The notes under the pieces are model-generated. The model saw only the letters and a list, made by a program, of their open reading frames with translations. It searched no databases and was not told the DNA's origin. From the NCBI RefSeq assembly GCF_000315625.1, contig NW_005434607.1:366220-430219 (forward strand): DNA of 64,000 nucleotides, given 5' to 3'. The DNA comes from Guillardia theta CCMP2712. Taxonomy: Eukaryota; Protista; Cryptophyta. The position numbers and the translations under genes are program-made. Positions 27,014-38,800 of the stretch are shown here, in pieces; the first letter of the stretch is position 1, and the number at the start of each line of letters is the position of its first letter.

Positions 27014-29560
27014 ATGAAGAGATCTTCGCGAACAGCAAGCATCAAGTCATATGCCACGAGCTCGACGAAGGTGAAGGAGCCGCCGAATTGCGGCATCGAT
27101 GTGTTGGAAGTCGAGGAGATTGATGCGATAGCATGCGGAGTCGAGCCGACAAGAGAGCAGCTGAAGAGGATCTATGGGCTGAACCACAGGATCGTCCATC
27201 CTTGCCTGAGTGAAGAGGAGATGAAATCCAATCAGAAATGGAATCCCAACTGCTTTGCTGGACTTGGGTGGAAGGTGAAGAAGAAACCGAAGCCACAAGA
27301 GACCAAGGAGTTTGTTTCTTCCATCGTGAGAAGTCCGAAGGTGCCGTATGGAGGCCTAAAGAACCTAGGGGCCACCTGCTATATGAACAGCATGCTGCAG
27401 TGCCTTTACTTCAACAAAGAGTTCCGGCGCAACATCATGGGGCTTTCTCAGGATGAGTTTCCAGAGAGCGTCCGGAGCTGCCTGCCATTGCAAGAACTGC
27501 AGAAGCTCTTCGCGAACCTCGAGATCTCTTGCGCGAGGTCGTTTGACACCACTCCCTTCGCCAAGTCCCTGCGGTTGGATTGTTCCGTGCAGCAGGATGC
27601 GCAGGAGTTCCTGAAGCTGCTGCTGAGCTTCCTCGAGCAAACACTGGCGCAGAGCAGCGTGCCAGAAGAGGCAAAGGCGTTCATTCAGGATGATTTCAGG
27701 GGGACGTACTCATACTGCACCAAATGCTCGGTCTGTGGATACACGTCAAGGCCCGAGGTCTCGTTCTACGACCTGGACCTGAAGGTGCAAGGGATCTCGA
27801 CGCTAGAGGAGAGCCTTGACGATTTCATCAAGAAGGAGGACCTGGATGGGGAGAACATGTACCAGTGTCAGCATTGCAACATCAAGGTGAAGGCGCAAAG
27901 AGGGATCGAGCTGATCTCTTTACCTCGCGTGCTCAACCTGCAGCTGCTGCGGTTCGTGTACGATATCAAGTCAGGGAACCGGCGCAAGGTAAGCTCTCAG
28001 ATCTCCTTCCCGAAGGTTCTAGATCTCTCGAATTGGTGCGGACAAGCCAAGTCCGAATCTAGCGCCCAACAACAGCAGAATGGGGCAGAGAAGAGGAAGA
28101 GGAGGAAGACGGAGAAAGCGGCAGCCAATGGCGCGGCAGTGGAGAGGAATGGCAAGGAGATGGGAGCACACTGCTCAGAGAATCCCTACTTGTACGAGCT
28201 TCAGTGCGTGATTGTCCACACTGGCTCCAGCGCTGTGCAGGGTCACTACATCGCGCACGTGAAAGAGAATGTGGACGGGAAATGGTGGAGGTTCGATGAT
28301 GACGTGGTAACGACTCTGGACGATGACGACTACCTTGGGACGGATGAGGCGATAGCGAAGGCGAGGAAGAGGCTAAAGGCGGAGGAGGCGGCGGAGCTGG
28401 AGGGTAGAGTGAAATCGAAGGACGCGTACATGCTGATCTACAAGAGGAAGGAGCCAGAGCAGCACTTGAGGGAGGACCTTGCTAATTTCATTCCGTCGCA
28501 TCTAAGAACAGCCATCGAAGAACAGAACCGGTCGGCTTGCTCGCTACTGACGATCATGTTTGTGCTGAATGTTGATGTTGGACAGGAAACACGAGCAAGA
28601 GGCTCAGAACGAGATGGAGGTGCAGAGATCAGAGGCGGATGTCATGTGAGCTCCGCTGCATCCCTCTGTTTGGCAGCTGACCGCAGGAATCAGCGTGCAG
28701 GCGGAGATCAGGAAGGAGAATCTTTTCAGATCGCTGCCATGCATGGTCCGTGCTTCGGTCGTTCTCCTCGAAGGTGACTGACGAAGGTCCTTCCACTTTA
28801 GGAAGGAGACGGTTTCTTCATCTCGACAGATTGGCTGAAGCATTGGATCTCTTTGGACCCCATCTCAGACACGTATGCCTTGCTACATCCACTCATTTCC
28901 AAGTTACCTCCTCTGATTTCTTGCCCTTTCCGCGCACCAGCTGTGACAAGGTCAACAACAAGCTCATCTCCTCACAGTATGGATTGCCAGATCCGCGCAA
29001 GGTCTGCTCGCTGACAGCTTCTTGCTCCTCCGGCTTCCTCCTCGATCTCTCCTCCACCTCCTCCCTCCTCCCTCCTCCTTCCTCCCTCCTCCCTCCTCCC
29101 TCCTCCTCCCTCCTCCCTCCTCCTTCCTCCCTCCTCCCTCCTCCCTCCTCCCTCCTCCCTCCTCCCTCAGCAGCCTTTGACCTCACCATCTTCAGGTCCA
29201 CGAGATGAAGTGCATCAGCGAGGAGGCATGGAATGCGATCTTGGTGCAATACGGGCAGAAGGAGGACTCTACCGCCCTCCCCACCACAGCTCTCTGCGTA
29301 CAAGTGAGTACTTGGTGAGCCTCCGGCCCTGCCCGGCCAACTGACGCTGGCGGCCCGGCAGACCGTCACATCCGAGTGCAAAGATCGAGTGCAGAGAAGA
29401 GAAGCACGCGATCTCATAGAAAGGCTCAAGGAGCTGCTGGCGCAGACGCCTGACCCTGACGACCGCAAGGCTTTCTGGGTACGTCTCCTCTACATCCTGA
29501 ATTGTGTCGTCGTCATCGTCGTCGTCGTCGTCGTCATCATCATTATCATCATCATCATCG

Positions 29561-29591
<31 letters not shown>

Positions 29592-30029
29592 ACCCGTCCT
29601 TGGCCACACCTCCTCTTCTTCCACCTCCCCACTCCCAACTTTGCCTTGACTTCTCCTCTCTCTGTGATCCTTGCATTCTTCTGATCGACGAGCAGATCTC
29701 GAAGCAAGTGTGCAAGGAAGTCACCATGGGCAAGGACCTCTCCACGATCTCAGACGTGAGGGGAGAAAGCATCGTCTGCAGGTGGTGCCATGTTGAAGAG
29801 CACGTTCAGTTCTGACGTAGAGGGTTGCAGTCCATCTCCTACTCTTGACGAGAAGACGAAGCAGAAGTGTCTAGAGAACAAGGGGTTGTGCACTAACAAA
29901 AGCCTGCGGAGGCTGATCTCAGCCGAGGCCAAGAAGTTCATTGAAGATCGAAACCTTGGGGTGGGACTGGAAAGATGATGATAATAGAGATGATGATTAT
30001 AGACATGATGATGATGTTGTTGTTGATGT

Positions 30030-30081
<52 letters not shown>

Positions 30082-33000
30082 AGCAGCATACAGGCGATGA
30101 TGGTGATGGTGCCAAGTACGATGATTGTGGTGTTGGCGATGATCGAGATGGAGATGACGATTATGGAGACGATGTCGAGCAAGAGAGGCTGATGGGAGTG
30201 CAGTTTGTGATGTATCCTTCCACGGCGGAGTGCTGTCCCTTCTGCAGCAGGCATGCGGAGTTCGAGGCCGAGAATGCCAAACAGGTCAAGCTTGCTGCTT
30301 GCGGGAGCCTCTGCTGATGCGACCTCTTGGGTGCAGATTCGAGCGAGCAGGGCTGATTTCCGCAAGAAAGTCAAGGCCGTATTCGAGGGAAATTCGATCA
30401 AGTTGAAGAACGAGCAGAAATATTTCCTGATCTCAACGGAGTGGGTTGATCATTTCAAGGATTGGGTTCAGGTGCCCCCATGCTCTCATGCAATATGCCC
30501 CTTCCTCCCATTGCTGCTGCTCTCATCGCTCCTCCTTTCTCCTTCCTCCTCTTCTTCCCCATCCTCCTCCTCCTCGGCTCATATCGCATCGCAGATCCCG
30601 GAGATACAAGAGCTCCGTCCCATCGACAACAGCCCACTGCTGGTGCCCAAAGACGCGGAGGAGAGCGAGCGGGGAAAGCTGCAGTACGATCCGTCCGACC
30701 TCTCCCAGATCGACCTGCCCTACATCTGGGCAAGCGAGGAGGATTGGAAAACTCTGCAGCATCGGGCGGGAGGAGGTCCCGCAATCATGGTTTCCCCGAT
30801 CCTCGATCAGCAGTCGTGGTACTCCCTGCCTCTCTCTTCCCCCATCGCCCAGAGGCCACGACCTCAAGTCACTCCCCCCCCCCCCCCCCCACGCCCCCGC
30901 CCTGCGCTCAATCCGCTGCCTTCCTTCACCTTCGTTTGATCACGTTGCAACTTCTCAAGAGTCCTCTGCTTTCGTCTTCCCCTCCTCCATCCCCTCAACC
31001 TCTGCTCGCCTTCTTCGTTCGTTTGCACCTCTTCCTCTTCCTCGCTCTCCGTCCTGTTCCTTCTCCTTCTCCGCATACTCCCCTGCTCCCAACTGCCACA
31101 GCGCTGACTTTGTCACAAGGTGCGGAGACATTTTAGTCAACAGGGCACCCAAGATGAACGGATACACGGGAGCCATCGTATGCATCACGGAGCCTCAGAC
31201 GAGCGAGCGATATGTCAAGATGAGGAAGGAGAACGAGCGGACGCAGAGGCTGACCTTCCACAACGGCACTCTGAACATCGTCAAGCGGCATGGAGGGGCA
31301 GGAGGGGCGGGAGGTGCGGGAGGAGCAGCGGTGGCGGCGAGCAGGTCGGGAGAGAGCGGCTCACGGAGACTGCGGAATCGGAAGGGAGAGATGCAGGTGC
31401 AGTCTCGCTGGTGCAGGGACAATCCGCTCCTGCCCGCACCCTCTCCTCTCCTCTCCTCCTCTCCTCTCCCCTCCTCTCCTCTCCTCTCCTCTCCTCTCCT
31501 CTCCTCTCCTCTCCTCCTCTCCTCTCCTCTCCTCTCCTCTCCTCTCCTCTCCTCTCCTCTCCTCTTCATCGCTTTGATGGCGTATGTGATCGCTGCGGGG
31601 ACTGAAGAGAGTCTCAAATATTTCACTCCTCTGAGATTTCAGGTCTTGTGCANNNNNNNNNNNNNNNNNNNNNNNNNNNNNNNNNNNNNNNNNNNNNNNN
31701 NNNNNNNNNNNNNNNNNNNNNNNNNNNNNNNNNNNNNNNNNNNNNNNNNNNNNNNNNNNNNNNNNNNNNNNNNNNNNNNNNNNNNNNNNNNNNNNNNNNN
31801 NNNNNNNNNNNNNNNNNNNNNNNNNNNNNNNNNNNNNNNNNNNNNNNNNNNNNNNNNNNNNNNNNNNNNNNNNNNNNNNNNNNNNNNNNNNNNNNNNNNN
31901 NNNNNNNNNNNNNNNNNNNNNNNNNNNNNNNNNNNNNNNNNNNNNNNNNNNNNNNNNNNNNNNNNNNNNNNNNNNNNNNNNNNNNNNNNNNNNNNNNNNN
32001 NNNNNNNNNNNNNNNNNNNNNNNNNNNNNNNNNNNNNNNNNNNNNNNNNNNNNNNNNNNNNNNNNNNNNNNNNNNNNNNNNNNNNNNNNNNNNNNNNNNN
32101 NNNNNNNNNNNNNNNNNNNNNNNNNNNNNNNNNNNNNNNNNNNNNNNNNNNNNNNNNNNNNNNNNNNNNNNNNNNNNNNNNNNNNNNNNNNNNNNNNNNN
32201 NNNNNNNNNNNNNNNNNNNNNNNNNNNNNNNNNNNNNNNNNNNNNNNNNNNNNNNNNNNNNNNNNNNNNNNNNNNNNNNNNNNNNNNNNNNNNNNNNNNN
32301 NNNNNNNNNNNNNNNNNNNNNNTCCTCCTCTCCTCCTCCTCCCCTCCTCCTCTCCTCTCCTCTCCTCTCCTCCCTCCTCCTCCTCCTCCTCCTCTCCTCC
32401 TCCCTCCCTCCCTCCTCTCTCCTCTCCTCTCCTCTCCTCTCCTCTCCTCTCCTCTCCTCTCCTCTCCTTCTTGTCCTGTTGTCTTGCTCCCATCCATCCC
32501 TCCCTTCTCCTCTCTCCCCATCCCTCCTCCTCTCTCTCCCTCCTCTCCCTCCTTCCCTTCTTCCCTCCTTTTCCCTCATCTTTTCTCTGTGTTCCGCCGA
32601 TTCTCATGATCTCCGGGCGAGTGCAGGTGAAAGCCTCTCACGACGACACCGTCCAGTCCGTGAAGCTTCAGATCTACAACTTCTACGGGATCCCTCCCAA
32701 CGATCAGGCAGCCGTTGAGGGCCAACCAACGGTCGTTGTGCTGACCTTCCCCCAGATCTTGTCCTACGACGGCAAGGAGCTATCTCCCGCAGAGAGGAAG
32801 CTTGCTGACTTCGGTGACTTCTCCTGCTTGCCTGCCTCCAGTCTGACGATGCTGGCAGAGGTGCTGAAGGACTCGACAATCATCCTGGTCGTCAAGGGGG
32901 CGGAGGACGCAGAACCCTCCAAGAGACAAGACGACGACGAGCAAGGGGCTGGTTTTACTGGAACCGTCCTGTCAGGGTTGTACCTGCCGAGTGCTGAGCG

Positions 33001-33139
33001 GCCGAAGGACAACGAGGTGGGGACGAAGACTAAGGCAGAAGATGGTGATGAAGAGATGCGCGGTGATGAAGAGATGCGCGAGCGGGAGGAACAGTCGGGG
33101 GGTGACGACTCGGACGACGATGTCATCACGATCAATTGA
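27014..33139 (+). CDS. USP48: Ubiquitin carboxyl-terminal hydrolase, USP48/UBP26-like (USP domain, DUSP domains, C-terminal Ubl), multi-exon
   Basis: NPNCFAGLG; Cys box GLKNLGATCYMNSMLQCL; QQDAQEF; His box VHTGSSAVQGHYIAH; WWRFDD; AYMLIY. DUSP-like YFLISTEWVDHFKDW. Ubl-like DDTVQSVKLQIYNFYGIPPNDQ. C-terminal EQGAGFTGTVL. Confidence 0.9.
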
Positions 33140-33263
33140 GAGCTTTCCAGGGCTTAGGATTGTATTATGTGCATACCGCTTTGCTTATTGAGGGAGATTA
33201 CTGTACAGAATGAAGATGGTTTGTAAAGTAGGTCGAGGACGTGGGCTGAGGCGATGGCTTCGC

Positions 33264-34055
33264 TCATAGGGAGTCTGCCTTGTTCAGGTACTTGCGGTAG
33301 ATCTCAAAGTTTTCTCTCTGTTGTTCGATCAAGTTGTGGATCAAGGAGTCACTGAAGTCCTCCGCTGCATGGTTGACCTCCTCTTCATCCTCCTCCTTGA
33401 TGTCCATGGCAGCACGGTCAGCGCCAAAGGACGGAATATGGTGGTCCAGTGGCGCCAGCGTGCCCTGAGGGAGGTTCTTGGCCTTGTAGCGAGAGGTAGC
33501 AGGCATCATCTGAATCGCTGCGAAGACGCGGGAGCGGACGCGCATCAGCGGGGAGCTGCTGCCTTTCCCCTTCTTGTGCCCTTGCTGGTCTGCATCGAGG
33601 GACGTGGGATGCTTCTTGGACCCTGCCACAGGGGAGTTGAGGCCGTCTCGTCCTAGCAAGTCGTCCATCCCCTGACTTGCGTCGATGGTGTCGATGGTGT
33701 GCCACTTCCGCATGATTGACAGATCTCGCGCTTGACGACTTTGAGCTTGACCCTTCACCGACGACACGGCCCATCCCCCCGTGCTATCTTGCTTGCCGTT
33801 CGTCGCCGTGTCTGGTTCCGGAGACCAAGAAAAGGAAGGCTCGTCCGGCATGCTGATCCTCCGATCCCGAGTGGTGGGAGGAATCATTACTACGTTCTTC
33901 TTGTGGCGGATGGAGAAACGGTCTGGGTCATTGCGGGGCTGCGGCAGGTCAAGAGATCGCCTGGTCATCGCTACGTCGCTCCTGATCTTGGCAACGGGAG
34001 AGAGCCGACCCCTCTCGAAGTTGGGGATCGCAGAGATGTTTTCTAACGCTGTCAT
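33264..34055 (-). CDS. Hypothetical protein (possibly the terminal exon of a longer gene)
   Basis: 263-aa ORF, mostly disordered. No recognisable domain. Confidence 0.5.
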   Translation of the reverse strand: MTALENISAIPNFERGRLSPVAKIRSDVAMTRRSLDLPQPRNDPDRFSIRHKKNVVMIPPTTRDRRISMPDEPSFSWSPEPDTATNGKQDSTGGWAVSSVKGQAQSRQARDLSIMRKWHTIDTIDASQGMDDLLGRDGLNSPVAGSKKHPTSLDADQQGHKKGKGSSSPLMRVRSRVFAAIQMMPATSRYKAKNLPQGTLAPLDHHIPSFGADRAAMDIKEEDEEEVNHAAEDFSDSLIHNLIEQQRENFEIYRKYLNKADSL

Positions 34056-34559
34056 GGCTGACTGGGATTGAGATGAATTGTAGGTATCGCAGGGAAGTTA
34101 AACAGGTGTTCACGCCTTCAAATCTGCACAGCAAGAGTTCAGCTGAAGGTGTGTTGTGACATATGATCTCCGCTATTAGCCCATCTCTACCCATCTCCTT
34201 TCATTCCCTCACATTCCCCATGTCATGTCATGTCATGTCATCCCATCCCATCCCATCTTTTCCTATCTCTTCTCATCTCTTCTCATCTCATATGATCTCT
34301 TCTCATTTAATCATCTCAGCTCAGCTCAGCTCATCGCATTGCATCCCATCCCATCTCATCCCATCTCATCCCATCTCATCTCATCCCATCTCATCCCATC
34401 CCATCCCATCTCATCTCATCCCATCTCATCCCATCCCATCCCATCCCATCCCATCCCATCCCATCTCCTCTCCTCTCCTCTCCTCTCCTCTCCTCTCCTC
34501 TCCTCTCCTCTCCTCTCCTCTCGTCGTCAGTGTCAGCGTCACTCTCTGACTTCTCTCAG

Positions 34560-34699
34560 AATCCTCTTACGACCTTCATGTATCGCTTGTCCGAAGCCCC
34601 AACGCTGCAGGTTCATCGCCTCCTCCCCTCCCTCCCTCCTCTGACCGGCATCAAGTTTTTCAAGAATGTGCTCTTCGTCGCGTCGCCCCAGGACGGATA
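34560..34699 (+). other. Isolated exons of a FAM135/DUF676 lipase-like gene next to a gap
   Basis: NPLTTFMYRLSEAPTLQ / FFKNVLFVASPQDG matches the FAM135 C-terminal pattern FLYKLS..FKNVLLVSSPQD. Confidence 0.55.
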
Positions 34700-35860
34700 N
34701 NNNNNNNNNNNNNNNNNNNNNNNNNNNNNNNNNNNNNNNNNNNNNNNNNNNNNNNNNNNNNNNNNNNNNNNNNNNNNNNNNNNNNNNNNNNNNNNNNNNT
34801 CATCTCATCTCATCTCATCTCAGCTCATCTCATCTCAGCTCAGCTCATCTCATCTCATCTCATCTCATCTCATCTCAGCTCATCTCATCTATCTCTTCTC
34901 TCCTCTTCTCTCCTCTTCCTCTCCTCTTCTCTTCTCGTCTCTTCCGACCTCTCTTGTCATCCTTGAATCTTTTTCCGCCATCGCGGCCCCTTTGACTTCT
35001 TTCCACCATCAACTACCCTACCTCCCTGGAACTTGCCCGCCTCCTTGACTACCCTCTAAGCTTTAACACCAACATTCAAGTACCCCTACTTAAGTATTAT
35101 TTCTCTGGAGGAGATGAGGGGTACTGACACCTAAAGACTGTCATTGTACCCCTACTGGTGCAACTATTCTTTTGCCCTACCCCTCATGAAGTAAGCATTT
35201 TTAGCACTGATATGGCCACCTAGGACCTGCATAAGAATTCCTAGGCACCCCTTTGACTCGCTAGAAACTTTTCTTTTTACAAGATGGGGCCTAAAAGACT
35301 TTAATAATTTTAAAAAACTTGTAATGCACATGTTCGACGATGCCACAACAAATACGATATAATCATATAATTATGTAAAATTATAATATTGTTAAGAGGT
35401 ACAATCTTGACAATTCACTCCACGGATGACGACTAAAATCTTTCTAAATTTATTAAAACATTATAGAATCAATAAAATTACTTTTACTGGTTGTAAGAAG
35501 GCAGAATGCGAATGGGGTTCGTAAAGCCCGCAAAAAGGCTATACAGGATTCGCCAGATTGTACCTGCAGGATTCCCGGTACTGATTTTGTACCAAAGGGT
35601 CACAGTTTTACAAATGAATTAGTGGAGAAAGTGTACTGTGCCTTCTTTGTATCTGTTTCACAGGTACAGATTATCTGGGTATAAAAGTAACTAGTAGCAT
35701 CCTGCCTTACAAGCAGTGTCACAAAACTTGATATGGTACTAATTTATATTTTCTTATTTGGAGTTATTGTATGAGCTGCAGGATGCATCCAAACCTCTGG
35801 TACAAAATACAATTCCACTACTGTACACTTTTATTTGTCTCAGGCTTCAGCTTGTACGGG

Positions 35861-38800
35861 TCATTTCTCCTTCAACCCAGCTGCAGCAAGTTGTCCTCGG
35901 AGGTACTGAACCAGCTCCTCCCTCTCCTCCCTCTCTGCGACAGCCAGGCATGTCTTGCCCTCCTTGTCGACGGCACGGATGACATCTACCCCTCCTGCTT
36001 GGACCACCAGTTTCATCCCCTCTAAACTCCCCTTCTCCGCTGCGAAATGTGCGCAAGTCTTCCCCTCCTTGTCCGCTGCCCTCGCCGCTTCCTCTCCTCC
36101 TGCCTCCAGTACCTCCCCTAGTGCCTCCGCCTCCCCCCGCCACGCCGCCCAGTGAGCGCAAGTACACCCCCAGTTGTCCGCCGCTACCGCCAGCTCTCTC
36201 CCTCCCGCAGCAAGCGCCAGCCGCAGCATCCCCGTCGCCCCCCTCTCTGCTGCAAGATGGGCGCAGGTCTTTCCTTCCTCGTCTGCCGTCATCACCGCCT
36301 CCCTCCCCCCTGTCTCGATCAGCAGCTTCATCGACTCCTCGTCCCGCCGCTCCGCAGCAAAGTGCGCGCAAGTCTTGCCCTCCTTGTCTGTCGCCGTCAC
36401 GACCTCCTTCCCTCCTACCTCGATCAGCCTCCTCAGCGTCTCTACGCTCCCCTTCTGCGTCGCCCAGTGCGCGCAGGTCTTCCCCTTGTGGTCGGCCGCT
36501 GTCGCCAGCGCCTTCCCGCCTGCAGCCAGCAGCAGGTCGAAGGTGCCGAACTCTCCCCGGTCGCTGGCCCAGTGGGCGCAGGTCTTGCCGTCGCAGTCAG
36601 GGGCGAGGAGGACCTGAGGGCCGGCGAGGTCGACGATCTTCGAGAGGATCTGGGTGTTGCCATGCCAGGCAGCCCAGTGGGCGCAGGTTTTGACCCTCTT
36701 TGTCAGCCCTTCTCNNNNNNNNNNNNNNNNNNNNNNNNNNNNNNNNNNNNNNNNNNNNNNNNNNNNNNNNNNNNNNNNNNNNNNNNNNNNNNNNNNNNNN
36801 NNNNNNNNNNNNNNNNNNNNNNNNNNNNNNNNNNNNNNNNNNNNNNNNNNNNNNNNNNNNNNNNNNNNNNNNNNNNNNNNNNNNNNNNNNNNNNNNNNNN
36901 NNNNNNNNNNNNNNNNNNNNNNNNNNNNNNNNNNNNNNNNNNNNNNNNNNNNNNNNNNNNNNNNNNNNNNNNNNNNNNNNNNNNNNNNNNNNNNNNNNNN
37001 NNNNNNNNNNNNNNNNNNNNNNNNNNNNNNNNNNNNNNNNNNNNNNNNNNNNNNNNNNNNNNNNNNNNNNNNNNNNNNNNNNNNNNNNNNNNNNNNNNNN
37101 NNNNNNNNNNNNNNNNNNNNNNNNNNNNNNNNNNNNNNNNNNNNNNNNNNNNNNNNNNNNNNNNNNNNNNNNNNNNNNNNNNNNNNNNNNNNNNNNNNNN
37201 NNNNNNNNNNNNNNNNNNNNNNNNNNNNNNNNNNNNNNNNNNNNNNNNNNNNNNNNNNNNNNNNNNNNNNNNNNNNNNNNNNNNNNNNNNNNNNNNNNNN
37301 NNNNNNNNNNNNNNNNNNNNNNNNNNNNNNNNNNNNNNNNNNNNNNNNNNNNNNNNNNNNNNNNNNNNNNNNNNNNNNNNNNNNNNGAGAGGATCTGGGT
37401 GTTGCCATGCCAGGCAGCCCAGTGGGCGCAGGTTTGACCCTCCTTGTCAGCCCTTCTCAGGTCTTCCACAATCGAGCTCCCCGAGCTCGAGAGCAACAGA
37501 TCGAAAACTTCCTTATGGTTCTTACGACACGCGAAGTAGCAGCAAGTCTTCCCCTCCTTGTCCGCTGCCCTCGCCGCTTCCTCTCCTCCTGCCTCCAGTA
37601 CCTCCCCTAGTGCCTCCGCCTCCCCCCGCCACGCCGCCCAGTGAGCGCAAGTACACCCCCAGTTGTCCGCCGCTACCGCCAGCTCTCTCCCTCCCGCAGC
37701 AAGCGCCAGCCGCAGCATCCCCGTCGCCCCCCTCTCTGCTGCAAGATGGGCGCAGGTCTTTCCTTCCTCGTCTGCCGTCATCACCGCCTCCCGCCCCCCT
37801 GTCTCGATCAGCAGCTTCATCGACTCCTCGTCCTCCATCCACACGCTCCAGTAGGCGCAAGTCTTGCCCTCCTTGTCTGTCGCCGTCGCTACCTCCTTCC
37901 CTCCTACCTCGATCAGCCTCCTCAGCGTCTCTACGCTCCCCTTCTGCGTCGCCCAGTGCGCGCAGGTCTTCCCCTTGTGGTCGGCCGCTGTCGCCAGCGC
38001 CTTCCCGCCTGCAGCCAGCAGCAGGTCGAAGGTGCCGAACTCTCCCCGGTCGCTGGCCCAGTGAGCGCAGGTCTTGCCGTCGCAGTCAGGGGCGAGGAGG
38101 ACCTGAGGGCCGGCGAGGTCGACGATCTTCGAGAGGATCGGGACGTCACCGCGATAGGCAGCCCAGTGGGCGCAGGTCCGGCCGTCAGCGTCCGCCGCCT
38201 CCACAACCTCCCTGCCTCCCACCTCGATGAGCATGTCCAGCGCCTTCACTTCTCCCCATTCAGCTGCGATCAGAGCGCATGTCAAGCCCTTCCTGTCCGC
38301 TGCTATCGCCAGCTCCCTCCCGCCACTCTCCAGCAGCAGCTCGAGGGTGTCAAATTTCTCGCACACTACAGCATGGTGAGCTGGGGTTCTGCTGAACTGA
38401 TCCACATCATGAACGATCGCATCCCCTCCAACGTCCAGCAGCATTCGAAGAGCCTCCAGGTCTCCTCTGCCCGCGGCGATATGCGCGCATGTCAAACCCT
38501 CACAGTCCGCTGCTCGAGCGGCTCCCATGCCCCCGTGGCTCAGGAGGGTTTTCAGCACGTCGAGTCTTCCAGTCCTCGCGGCCCAGTGAGCGCACGTCCT
38601 CCCCTCCCGGTCAGCCGATGAGGCAAGACAGGCTCCTCCTACCCTCAGCACGAGCTGTAACAGTTCCTCGTCCTGCAGATCGGCGGCTGCATAGAAGACG
38701 TCAGCGAGGATGCTGCTCTGAGAGGCCTCAGCGGCGAGATCCAACGCTGTCTTCCCGTCCTCTCGCTGCGCCACCACCGCGTCCCGCAAGCTCCTCCCCT

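Noticed and set aside
30446-33139. 897-aa ORF and other ORFs spanning N-runs
   Set aside because: Lengths are artefacts of gaps and stop-free CT-rich introns; the real exons belong to the USP48-like gene.
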